Part shown: in pieces, positions 24,680 through 37,500 of the stretch | Numbering within the stretch: position 1 is the first letter of the stretch | Layout of the letters: every line of letters begins with the position of its first letter | Assembly: GCF_018977255.1 (NCBI RefSeq) | Contig: NW_024704743.1 | Span: forward strand, 44,394,001-44,458,000 | DNA from: Callorhinchus milii | Taxonomy: Eukaryota | Reading direction: 5' to 3' | DNA length: 64,000 bases | Translations under genes and position numbers: made by a program | Notes under the pieces: model-generated | Told to the model about the DNA's origin: nothing | Seen by the model: only the letters and a program-made list of their open reading frames with translations | The model's database searches: none

Positions 24680-24945
24680 GCATTTTACCCATGAAGTGAA
24701 TAACCAATTTTATTTTGGGGATCGTTGGCCAAGGCACTGGAATAAACTCTCTATTTGAAAAGTGGGATCTTTAACATTCATCTGGACCCTAGGTTTAAGG
24801 TCTCATGTGAAAAAGGGCATCTCCAGCAATACAGCACACTCCCAGCATTGTTTTGGAGTGTCAGCCTAGACTCTGACTTCAAAGCTACGATGTGGCCTAC
24901 AACCTTGGGATTCAGAGGAGAGCATGCTGCTAAATCAGCCAGGCG
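24680..24945 (-). mobile_element. DeuSINE (family A), partial
   Basis: Reverse complement of head and Deu-like core (TCTAGGCTGACACTCCA...GTGCTGTATTGCTGGAG). Confidence 0.7.
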
Positions 24946-25341
24946 GACACATATACGAGTGTAAAATAGACCGAAAGAGACATAGTTAATTAGACATACA
25001 GTCAGTCCACAAGGGAGGTTCAGATGAAGCAGACTCTTTGGCCATCTGATCTCATTCTGCCAGAAATTCCAATCCTACCATTTTCCTGTTGCAACATTTA
25101 ATCTGACTTTTAAACAAATCCAGCATTTTAGCCTCAACCACCCATCCTTGTAACCCATTCCAGCTGTTGGTTCCTCACCATGTAAAGTAATACTTCCTTA
25201 TGTTTAAACTTGTCCTTCACAATCCTAAACCTATGCCATCTTCTCCTGTTACAGCTAAGGAAAATAACACCGGCTGCTCTGTAGACAGACGAGTTTGCTG
25301 GACCTAAGTGCTACAATATTTACATGTACTGCATTGTTGTC

Positions 25342-26260
25342 AACTTGGCTCGGTTGGTAGCACTCTTGCATTCGAGTCAGATGGTTTGTGGTTTTAAGCT
25401 TCTTGTGGGCCTTTGAGCTCCCATCTCGGGCTGACTGCTGGGGAATCATTGCATTGTTGGAGGTGTCATCTTTCGAATGAGACATTAAACCAAGACAAGT
25501 GCCTGTTCATGTGGATGTTAAAGATCCCATGGCATCATTTGAAAAGAGAAGTGAGTTTTTCCCTGGCAAACAACAACAACAAGATTACATTTGTATTGCG
25601 CCTTTCACGTCGGGAGGACGTCCCAAGGTGCTGGACAGCTGGGGTCAGGGAGGGAGAAGGGAGGGGAGGGGAATGGGGGTGACCGATGGCATGGTCGAAG
25701 AGGAGGGTTTTGAGGCAGGACTTGAAGGAGGCTAAGGAGGGGGTGAGGCAGAGTGATTGGGGGATGGAGTTCCAGAGGTTGGGGGTAGAGTGGCTGAAGG
25801 CGCTCCTGCTAATGGTGGGGCGGGTGGAACGGGGGACATGAAGCAGGCCGGAGCCTGTTGAGCGAAGGGAGTGGGCAGGATGGTAGGGGGTTAGGAAGTC
25901 ACGGAGTTAGGGGGGAGCAAGACCATGGAGGTTTGCATAGTCGAGCCTGGAGGTGATGAAGGCATGAACAAGAGTTTCAGCCGCCTGAGGGATGAAGTAG
26001 TGACGGAGTCAGGTGAGGTTATGGAGGTGAGGGAAGGCAGAGTGGGTCATGGCTTGGATGTGGGGAAGAAAAGACAAACCCCAAATAAAATTGATCATTC
26101 AGCACATGGCTGTTTGTGGGATATTGCTGTGCACAAAATTGGCTGTTGCATTCACCTACAAAAAACACGTCACAATAAAATCTTCTAAAGTGCTTTGAGA
26201 CATTTCGACAACGTGAATAGGCACTGTATCAAATGCAAGGTTTTTTTTATTATTGTTGTT
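25342..26260 (+). mobile_element. DeuSINE (family A) split by an antisense L2 at about 25568-26073
   Basis: The SINE head and core run to 25567 and the SINE resumes at about 26075 (CCCCAAATAAAATTGATCATTC). Between them is an L2 3' fragment starting with (CAA)n. Confidence 0.8.
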
Positions 26261-27904
26261 GTTTGCTCTCACCACAGCCCTTTATTAGAGCAGCTCAGTA
26301 CGAATCAGTTTAATTTCCTCTTTTAACTGCTAAGACAGACTCTGAGATCCTATTCACGCTGTCACAAAATGTCTGATATAAATAGGACTGAACAGACCAT
26401 CTTAAGAGTTGAAATTAAGGAAGAAATTCTGACCCTTGAGTAGTCGTTTCACTAGGAAATCAATTTAACCAACACTGCATGCCAACAAGCGGTGAAAATC
26501 AATTCAACCTCTGTTTTAAAGAGCACCCTCGGATTGTCAAAGAACTTTTAAGAGACACATTTTAATATATTGAATATTTAATAATAGTGCCGTTCCACCT
26601 GCACACCAGCATTTTAATAACATTACCTGCCATTTGCTGCTGATTAGCGGAACTCTGCATACGACCTTCAGTAACATATGCGGTTTGAGACATACAATGA
26701 AAGTGAAAGGTTTACCTGAGTACATACAAACATTTACTGTGGGAGTATATGGGTAACCTGCTCACAAGCACGTGCCTGAGCCTCCCTCATGTTCTCCACA
26801 GTCAATGTTTACAACAAGATTTCATTTAGGCACAAGTGAGGGTTTGGTTTCAATCTCCTTCCTGGTCTGTAAGACTCATTTCCTCATTGGATTGTAAATT
26901 CTCATAGAAATGTATCACTTTGGCTGTGACTTTGGTTAACACCCTAAACTGTCCCCTTTTTTCTTTCCTATTCAACGATTCTCATTGTCTTTATGAAGCA
27001 CTTGGAGACATACATTTTAATATTATTGATTATTTAATACTATGACAGCCCGGACCTCACTCTCGGCTTTTTAATAACATTAAGATTCTAACTACTGTTG
27101 GGGATGATTAGTGGGGCTATCAGGCTGACTCACTGTCACCTCTGAGTCAGAAGGCTATTGGATCAAGCCCCACATTAAACCTCTGAAATCATAGCCTAAG
27201 CTAACATTCCAGGGCAGTCCTCGGGGAATTGAAATACTGAAACATCCAATCTCCTGTTATTGACCCCAAACTGGAAAGGTACAGGCTGCATTGCTGCTCA
27301 TTGGATTGGAAAACTGCCTCTTCTGCCATTGCACAGACAACAAGGTTAAAGACCTTGGTTCCACACCTCCAATCTCACAAGATCACAAGATCACCAGATT
27401 TGTTTGGATGAAGAAGGCCCTTTGGCCCATCTGATCTTATCCCTCAAGAATACTCTACTGTCTTCCCAACAGCAACAAGCTGCTTTTTAAAGTTCCCTGG
27501 CCTCAACCACTCTTCCTAGTGTTCCAGTCATTAATTACTTTCCACTTGGGCCATCAACAACTCTTCTAAGAGCCAAAGATGGGCCCATTGAAAGTGGTTG
27601 GTAATGCCTGGTAACCTTAGAATTATACATTGCTTCTCTTAAAACTATTTTCCTCCTAAATTTGTTTTATTCAAGATTTTACATTTATATAGCACTTTCA
27701 CTTTGGGAGGACACCTTCAGACAGCTGACTGGGAGTCCAAGCTGCAAAGGAAGGCAGGGAGGGAGGGAGGTGTCTGGATTCTTTGTGTAATCAGTTTTGT
27801 CACTTGCCAAACAGGCTATGTTACAATCAAACTGTTTCGCGTAAAGGCCACTCAATAAATAACTGAGGACTCTTGGAGTTTCACATTGGAAAAGTGAATT
27901 GTTT

Positions 27905-28245
27905 TGATATATGCAGAAATCCATCACCATGCTTAATTGTATACAAACCAAACTGAGACTTCCATGCATCCCATCTATACATGGAAATTCCAGAGTCGGA
28001 TGAGATTATTATTGGAATGAAATGCACATTGTCTCCCTAGAGGAATACACCATACTTATCTAATTCCAGAGAGAATTAGGCACAGATTGATAAGAGCCAA
28101 GTCTTGGGGATCCCAAACTGTGCGTTGGGGACCTACCTCACTCAGAAACTTGACTACCGAGACAGAGGGTTGGCTCGATTCTGCAATTCCATTGCCAAAC
28201 ATGTCACTTTAGGGCAAGTTCAGCTCCTTGAAGACCCTGCTTTCT
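27905..28245 (+). repeat. Unclassified dispersed repeat (family C), copy 3, internally shortened
   Basis: CTGAGACTTCCATGCATCCC..ACATGGAAATTCCAGAG matches 4843-4885; TTGGCTCGATTCTG..CATGTCAC..GTTCAGCT..AGACCCTGCT matches 1383-1450. Confidence 0.75.
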
Positions 28246-29932
28246 CTCCACCCCCATGGAGCATAGTCACTGGTTGGTGCTTTGATATCCAACAAGTGAT
28301 GTTTTCAACACTGATCATTCTGAGGAAGAAAACTAAGGACTAATGGCCCTTACTTGTAGATTAAGCCTTGCCTGACCTTGGGACGTCCTTCTGACATGAA
28401 AGGTGCTAAACAAATGTAATTTGTTGTTATTAAACGATTAAGAGGTCTCCCCTCAATCGTCTCATCTCCAGTGAGAAAACCGGTACCTGACTAATCTTGA
28501 TAGCTGTAATAGCTATATCTATTCATCCCTAGTAATATTCTAGTAAATCCACACTGGACTTTCTCCAGTGTTACAATAGGGATGAAGATCTTGATTTAAG
28601 AGATGATTAAAGAGCTAGATTATTAAGGGTGTATTGAATGCAAGTAGAGAAGTTACAATATGAAGGGATTTTGGAAGACATTCCCAGAGAGGATTTCAGA
28701 GGGGTTGGGGGAAATAAAAGGATTTGAAGATAAGGATGAGGTTGCTGTGGGATAAGGATGTCTCAAACCTCACAGTTTCTTTGTCAGTCTTTTGATCAGT
28801 TTCACATTCAGTGTAGTGGAGAGATATTTGTAGAGCAGTTTCCGACATGCCAGTTACCTTTAAATTTTTGAGGTCCAAGTCCAATGTTTAAACTCCTTAT
28901 GAGAGGGCCCAGATTAAATAGGCAGTGTACAGCAGCACTAGTGCAGTAAATGACACATAAAGGAATTCATCTCTTGTATTAACCAGCATTTTGAGAAGTG
29001 CAGAAATGGGACATGAGGGAAACAGAACTCGCAATGGGAAAAGAGCAGCAAAATAATGAAATTATTCTGGTCATGCCTAGAATCATTGTAACCCACTTGT
29101 GACTTTCTCTTTCAGGTAATTAGGAACATAGGACAAGGAAGAGGTCATTCAGGCTGCCGAGCCCACTCCACCTTTTTATTAGATCATGGCATATCTCTTA
29201 ATCCCATTTCCCCACCTAATTAACTGCCTAGTCTACTGTTCCCCATCATGCATCCTGCATATAGACTCCAGGCTTTGACAGGCATGCCCTGAGATAAAAA
29301 CATCACATTACAATAATATAATTAAGAGGCTAACATTATAAGACATTCTTTCTGCAACCATCTAGAGCTGCAGTGGTCAGTGGTGGTTCTCTCTGTGTGT
29401 TTTTTTTATGAAAGACTCCCAGAAAGCTCAGAGCATAACACAAACACAGAAACAGCTTCTTCCAATAAAAGCTACTGGTACGTGGGAAAGATCTGACCTC
29501 CATTCTCCTCAGTGACTGACACTGTTTTAGTTCAGACTCCCACTTGCTACTGCAGAATCACACAAAGAGCTCCAATTAAACAGGAAGTTACAGAACACAC
29601 CGAGGCAGAGAGCAAATAGGCAAATGCTTTCAACCTTTTGGAAAATGGAAAGAGGTTAAACACGTATCTTTCATCTCTGACATTCTGCTAGCAAACACAT
29701 TTTTCAATAAATAGTGAGTGCTGCATACAACTGCTTTGTTGCACATTAAAAGAAATGCACTGAACTGCACAAAATTCCTTAAATGGTATAATTTTGGAAT
29801 AAATTGAAAAATGACTGTTTGGTTTGATTTTAATAGAGAAATCCCATCCCACACTATTGTGATACTATTGCCCAGGCTGACCTGTATGTGTCACACATGT
29901 CAAAGTGAACAAAGGTTGTTTAACATACGTCA

Positions 29933-30800
29933 ATCTGGTTCAGTTGATAGTACTCTCATCTCTGAGTCAGAAGGTTGTGGATTTAAGCTCCACATTGGGC
30001 CTTTGATTTTGTATTCTTGATTGGCAATGCAATGCAATTCATTAACATGATTATTATTATATTACAGGAGTCCTGTAGCGTTGTGGTTAAAGCACTTACC
30101 ACGCAAGCGAAATGACCTGGGTTGATTCCCAGGCAGTGTGAAACTTTAGACAAGTGTCCTTACCCACACACCTCTGTTTAACTAGCAGTAGGTAGGTACC
30201 CAGCTGTTAGTTGATTGGTGGATCATTTTTCCAAGGGTAATAATCCCTTCAAGAGTAAAATGTTAATAATTATAATAATTTTGTTACTCAATCCACGACT
30301 GATTGTGGGACACTGCTGTGCACAATTGGCTGCCACATTTTCGCCCACAAAATATACAGTCAATTCACTTTACATTATATTCTGTGAAGCGCTTTGAGAT
30401 GTCTTGAAGATGTGATTAAGCGCTATATCAAATGCAAGGATGATTATTATTATTATTATTATTATTCAGTTCTGAGGTAGTGCTGCATTGTTGAAGGGTG
30501 CCATCCTTAATAAGAGACATTAAACCAAGTTCCTGTCTGCTTATTCACGTGGATGTTAAAGATTCCATGACACAATTCAAAAAGAGAAGGGACTCTCTCC
30601 CGGTATTCTGGGCAATGATGCTCCAGATAAAATTTGTCATTCACTTCATGGCTGTTTGTGGGACATTCCATGTGTAATTGGCTGCTGCAGTTGCCTAAAT
30701 GTGTAGTCACCACCCTTTACAGTGTTTCCTGGAAGTAAAATTCTTTAAGACATCCTCCTGATGTGAAAGGTGTTAATGAAATGTAAGGATGGATGATTAT
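29933..30800 (+). mobile_element. DeuSINE (family A) split by a family B SINE
   Basis: Head at 29933-30040; continues at 30467 with CAGTTCTGAGGTAGTGCTGCATTG...TTAAAGATTCCATGACAC through to the tail. Confidence 0.78.
30067..30466 (+). mobile_element. SINE family B, long form, inserted in a DeuSINE
   Basis: Runs from the GGAGTCCTGTAGCG head to an (ATT)n tail and is flanked by the two halves of a DeuSINE. Confidence 0.85.
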
Positions 30801-30919
30801 TAATACAAATGTTTTCTTCCTTTAGCAACATTCCTCTTCTAATGTCTTTCCTCTCCCCTCTCCTTCTCCTTAAGCCATTTGATTCCTGCCGGATACAGTT
30901 CTATGGGTGATCCTCTTGG

Positions 30920-31672
30920 TTCTTGCTCAAGTCTCTTAACCTACTCCGCCACTCAACCCTTCCACTCAGCTAACTTGGGCTTGCTGCAGGTTCCCCACCC
31001 TCTTCAAGTCACCATTTCTGAAAAAACCTTCATATTCTGGACCCCTAACTTCTGGAACTCCCTCCTCCACTCTATCTTGTCCACTCTCTATCTGTCTTTC
31101 AGTGCCACTTTAAAACGTACTTCTTTGAAGACGTTCTTTGAGAACTCCCTCCTTGCCGGCCTCCTCACTCTTCCCTCCACAAGCTGCGGATCATCGAAAA
31201 CTCTCCAGCTCATGACCTCTCCCGCACCAGGCTCTGTGACCCCATCACCCCCACTCTCACCCGCCTCCACTGACTCCCCATCCTTCAGAGGATAGAATTC
31301 AAAATCCTTGTCCTCACTTTCAAGGCCCTCCACTGCTCTGCCCCCTCCTACATCTCTGACCTACTGATCCCCTATCAACCTGTCCGCTCCCTCCACTCAG
31401 CAGGCTCCAGCCTGCTCCAGGTTTCTCCCCGACCCGCCCTCTTTGGAACTCCTTCCCGCAATCCCTTCGCTTTGCTCCCTCTCTTGCTTTCCTTCAAAGC
31501 AGGACTCAAGACCCTCCGTTTGGACTGTGCCTTCAGCCGCCCTCCTACCCCCTCTGCCCTCCTTCATCCCAACCCTGCCCCCCACGCTTGGGTCCTGATC
31601 CCTGACTGTTCAGCGCCTTGGAACGTCCTCCTGACATGAAAATCGCTTTACAAATGTCATTTTGTTGTTGTT
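30920..31672 (+). mobile_element. Two adjacent L2 3' fragments
   Basis: An older fragment to about 31140, then a better-conserved L2 3' end finishing ...CAAATGTCATTTTGTTGTTGTTG. Confidence 0.85.
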
Positions 31673-33729
31673 GATCTATAGTCACTTCCCTATTCCTGTT
31701 ACTTCCCTTCTCTCCTCTTGTATGCTCAGCTTCCAGCCCCATCTTTGTAAAGCTCTCCCAGACATCCAACATGAAGGATACTATATAAATGCAAGTTGTT
31801 GAGCACAAAGAGAAAAAAAGACTGAGTGAGATTGTTCTAAAGAAGATTAATTCAGGGACAGAAGGCTTTTGAGTAAGAACGGAGGTTTGAGGTCATGGAG
31901 CATAAGAATCATTCTGGGAGAGTAGAAGAGATGAATCTGTGTGGGAGAAGTTAACGTTAGCTAGCTTTAACTCATTCAGTGTTTTGATGCAGCATCATTA
32001 TTACCTGGATTTGTTTTAAAATGCTGCGGTTTAATATAAAATGCTAAATATGTTTTGCTGTGTCAGGTTATGTGTGAGTTTTTGGAAATCCATATCCTGA
32101 AGCAGAAGATATCAAAACAATAGTTTTCCATAAGAAGGTGTTTGATTTATCCTTTCCCTGAGGAAGTGTCTCAGTCAGTTAGAGATAGTGTAAATGCTGA
32201 CAGATGTTAATAGTCCTGGAAAATAGATGAGACTTGGTCAGGCAGGAATGGACGGGACAGATATAGATGACAAAATCACAAGAGAGGTTTGGAAGAATTT
32301 TGTTTGGTTAGCCACATGTGGAAACCTATTGCCATGCTTTAAGAATATTCAAACCAGACTGAAAGTTCACATATGTTTGCCAACTACAATTAGAAATGTT
32401 CCTGTGTCTAGTAAGGAGTATGTACTCTCCCTGGAGAACATTGAGCACAGATTTGCAAGAGCCAAAACTATTAGGGTATTACTGGAGTTTAACCAGCTAA
32501 ACCTACAGAGCTTGCTATTGTGAGCACTATTTGGCAAGCATCCTACTGCTTGTTCACCTAGGATCATCCCATCTTTTAGATCTTTGGCTTCAGAGTTAAC
32601 AGAAACCAAGTGAGAAGAATCCCTGCTCACAATGGTTCAGATGAAGAAGGCCCTAAAGCCCATTTGATTTCCTTCTTGCAGAATACCCACTAAACAGTCC
32701 TCCCATCATACAACAACATACAACAAGAGCATTGGGAACAATTCATTGCTGCCTTCCCATGTGTGATAGAAACATTGAAGAATTACTTTGATGTAAAATA
32801 CAAGGCTATAATTACAAACAATTCAATCTTGTTGTTGTTAAATATGATCAAGAGTTTCTAATGTCATAAACCACAAAGGTAACATGTGACTTTTTGATGA
32901 AACTTGAACACAAAACAGAAAAGAACACAACCTTTGCATTATATTTTAAAATGACTCTTTATTTTGCTGAACTTGTAAAGAGTTTTCATTTGACTACTAC
33001 CAAAGGCTGATATTTCTAAATTTCAAACACTGCCTCTTGTCTGCATTTTTACACTCAACAGATTGATACAGTACTCTTGTTATCAGTTCATCCAGGGTCA
33101 CACACTGCATATCACACTCTTTAATGCAGCACACTTCAAATAAGCAGCAGGAAGGAGATGACACTGCAGCATTATCTGTGCTCACGGTCAGTGTCACACA
33201 CAGTAGCTGTGTGTATTTTGTCATATTATCTTACCGTGATGAAGCTGTTACACCCCTCTCTCTGATAAATAAGACAAAGTCTATAACTCCAAAGGCATGG
33301 AGCTAACCTTAGGATTTCAACAACTCTTAGTCTATCCCTTTCTACTCTGACTTCTGGATATTTTTTCCAACACGCCTGAAAACATGTTACTTTTATTTGA
33401 GTTGTGAAATGGATTACTGTATCCACTTTTAGATTTGCTAAGCAAAGAGAGCAGCCAGGATAGTGTGATCGGAGGAGATTTCAGAGGTAGGATGCAAGGG
33501 ATTTGAATATGAGAATGAGGATCTTGAACTCAATCCACCAAGGATTGGATCCAATGGAGAGCCAGTGGGCCGAGCAAGGAAGGGGGTGATAGACTTGAGG
33601 AAACCGGTGTGGGAAATAACAACAAATTGCATTTATACAGTATCTTTCAGGAGGACATCTCAAGGTGGAAAGGACAAAGGCTTCATTATACTTATCTGAA
33701 AGTAATGTCCCATTTAAGATTCAATACAA

Positions 33730-34137
33730 AAATTAGAAGATTGTAGATTTAGGTCCCACATCTCATCCCAGGATTTTGAGCTCACAGTCCAGACTGAGAA
33801 TCTAGAGTGCCTGGGTATGCTGCATTGTCGGAGGTGCCATCCTTGGATGAGACAATTAAATGAGGTCCAGTCTGCCTGTTCAGGATTAATGCCTATTAAC
33901 GCTTCCGTGACACTTTTCAAAACAAGAGGGGAGTTTCTTCTGGTGCCCCGGCCAACAATCCAGTGAATAAAATTGGTTATTCACTTCATGACTGCTTATG
34001 GGACAGTGTGCAAATTGGCTGTCATGTTCACCTTCAAATACATAGCCACTGCACTTTACAGTAAATCCTGCTAAGTGCTTTGAGACATTTCGACAACGTG
34101 ATAAAGTACTATATCAAATGCAAGGAATATTATTATT
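33730..34137 (+). mobile_element. DeuSINE (family A)
   Basis: TGCTGCATTGTCGGAGGTGCCATCCTTGGATGAGAC core and tail. Confidence 0.8.
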
Positions 34138-34178
34138 AAATTAAAAAAGCAGCTTAATGTTGTGATTGGAGGAAGATA

Positions 34179-34540
34179 GGGTCCTGTACCTTAGTGGATA
34201 GAGCACTCGCCTCGCAAGCGAGAGCATGTGGGTTTGATTCCCATCAGGGCGAAATGTTGGGCAAGTTACTTTACTCGACATACCCCCGTTTACCTAGCAG
34301 TAAGTAGGAACCCGGTTGTTAGTTGATTGGCGGATTGCTTTTTCAGGGGTAATAATCCCTTTTAAAAAAAATTTGGATCCACAACTGTTTGTGGAATATT
34401 GCTGTTCGCAATTGGTTGCCACATTTTGCCCACAAAATATACAGTCAATTCACTTTGCACGATGTTCTGTGAAGTGCTTTGAGACGTCTCGAAGACATGA
34501 TAATGCACTATATCAAATGCAAGGATTATTATTATCATCA
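34179..34540 (+). mobile_element. SINE family B, long form
   Basis: tRNA-like head (CTCGCCTCGCAAGCGAG), GTTTACCTAGCAGTAAGTAGGAACC segment and tail. Confidence 0.85.
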
Positions 34541-37500
34541 TGATTAGGGTGTGCATCGTGGCCTGTAAGGACAGGTGATGCAATCTCATCCTTCCCATGG
34601 TTCTTGCTTTTTCCCAAAATGCTTGACGGCTGCTCGAATGTGGACAGACTGAGCTCAGCTGTAATTCCCTCCCAACCCCCGATTAACAACCTCTCAATAG
34701 TCACAATCAAAGCTCACACATGAATAATGAATGGTTACTTGGATGAGGTATGAAGGGAGCCTGTGAAACTGTATCCTCATAAAGGACAAAGAAGTCTAAC
34801 GCCTACAGAGAAAGAGGGGAAGGAAAAAATTGTCAAGAGAGAGATATAGAAAAATCTCCCTGAAGTTACATGGACTGTTTGGTTTCATTTATTGGTAAAA
34901 CTAAAACTGCAGATTATTCTTAAGAATCAAAACTTTAATCTCATTTATCTTGTGAGTGACCCACGTAATACTTCAAACCCCTAGTTATCGAGTTAACCTA
35001 GCAGAACAATTTCATGGCCATGCACTTTTAAAATGTGAACTGATTTCAGTGATATGTAATTGAACATTGTGAATTTACCTTAGTGTATTCACCTTACATT
35101 CGGGAGAGCTGACATGTTAGTTGACACATTCATCAGTACAAAACCTAGTACCCTCAAAATTGAAACATCATGCTCAAATACATTTGACATTAAGTGAAAT
35201 GTTTGCTGTCTCTGACTCCTTTTTTGCCCTCGCCTTGAAAACACAGCTCATTATTTGAGAATGCAGTAACACAATGTGCAATACAATACCCTCCATTTTC
35301 AAGTTAATGGAAACAAGGAAGCATATAAAGGATCCTTGAATTAGAGCGGCAGATTCTGAACTGCTTCTAGTGACACAAAATCTTAGGTGGCCACGATAAT
35401 GTCTAAAGAGTTTTTCCACTGAATACAAATCAACCCAGTTAACAATCCTGGAGCAAAACTTCAATCTATGCTTAGCTAAAGATATCCACATGCAAGACTG
35501 GGAGAGCAAAACTGAGCTGCTCTTAGATTGTCAATTTAATCTTTGTGCACAATGTGTGTGGAATTTAATCTGAGTAGTAATGCTTTAATTCCCGGTTGTT
35601 TAGTTTTAAAGTCAATTTATTTAGCACTTGAGAGGTGTTTCAGTCAACTGTGCACAATACATCTGTTTGTAATGGGTGTCAATGCAGTAGAAAAATCCAT
35701 GTGCAACAAAATCAAATTAACGTATTTATGCATGTTAAAAATCAAGTACAGCATTTGGAACTTAATCTTTAACCAGGGAGTTTATCCTGGGAATAAATCT
35801 TAGATGAATCATTTCAGTTGACTATCTTTCTCACCTGTACTCTCCAGTCTTTCATTCTTGTCTGCACTAAACTATCCTTATTGTATGTCAACAGTAATTA
35901 TCTTTGCATCTGTATTGCTGTACAAGGAAAAATATTTTAAAATGAGACTACCATTAATTTTACAGCTGCAGCTGTGAATTAAATTTTTATAAACATTTTT
36001 GATTAATCCTCATTGTTATCCAATTGCTGGGTTACTTGGTTATATTGGGTTTAGAATAATGTATTATAATTCTAGGAATATGATAACTCACCAGAAGTCT
36101 TTTAAAAAAAATGCTTTTCAACCAAATCTCATCTCTGCCAGCATTGTAGTGTTGGCAGATACTAAAGATCCAATGGCACGACTTGAAAAGCCAAGAGAGT
36201 TTCTTCAGGTGTCCTGGCCAACAATTCCCCAGATAAAATTAATAATTCGCTTCATGATTGTCTGTTGATCATTGTTCAGTACAAATTGACTAAAATACTC
36301 ACCTATAAAATGCACAGTCACTCCACATTACAGTAAATCTTGTGAAGCGCTTTGAGATGTCCTCCCAAAATGAACGGCACTATATCATATGCAAGGATTA
36401 TTATTATAATCTTTCTAAAATTCTGTACATCTCTGTAGGCCCTGAAAAGAAAACAACTTTAATTGAAAAATATTACTTTCCACAACTCACTGTAAGTTGT
36501 TTCTCTGTGTCTGAATGTTTTTTCTGGTTTTCTGAGTTACTACAGTATCAGTCAATAACAATTACTTTTCATTTTTTGTATCAATGTACACTGTTGTCGA
36601 TCAGATAGGAGATGACAAGCAGCAGTGCAGTGCCTGGTATTAAATCAGTCTCAGTCCTGTCCAGTTATATTGTGCTTTTCATTTGTTAATCAAAATTCAC
36701 CCGTCGGACAGAGGCGTGGCAGAGTGGGATGTGTACTCAAATTTCCTCCCACGTCACGTGTAGAATTTCATGTTGGAAACTTAGATCTCTGAGGAAATCT
36801 AAAGACAACAGAAAATCCAAAGTACTGCCTTGGTAGGAAGGCCACTAATTCTAGCCTAAAGACTAAAGCAAGTGGCCTGACCCACCCTCTCCCTCGTCGG
36901 TGGGGGAAGCTTTGCAACCTGTTGGTCTTGTGAATTTATCAAGCTAACTTTGAATACAATCTCAGATGATGATGATAATAATAATAATAATAATACTCCT
37001 TGCATTTGATATAGTGCTTTACCACATCTTATGCTTATTCTCCATATCTCTAGAGGCTGTCACAAGACGGACGTTAAGAATAAAGGCTACCGCCAGCTAC
37101 CATTTGTTTCCTGACCGTATCCTAGACAGAACTTCCTCAAAGATTGTGGGAAACTTGATAGCCAGAAAATGATTCATAACACGCAAACAATTGCATGAGT
37201 TTGCATAAACATTCTTGTTTAACTGTCCCCTTGGTGCTGAGGAAACATCCCCAGGATGTGAACAGTTACAGGTAAACTCCACAAAACCAGAGGCTCAACA
37301 TTTTGCTCGGTTTTAGCCTTCAGACTATTGTCGTAAAGATATAAGAATAGTGCAGAATTTTGAAAATGTCTTGATTTCAGCCTTAACGGGAAGCAGAGAG
37401 GAAAAGGCCTAGAGGTCTATCAAGTTTACTCCTGGCAGAGACCACTAATACATCTCCCCCACAATACAATATTAATAATAATTCTTACATTTGGTATAGT

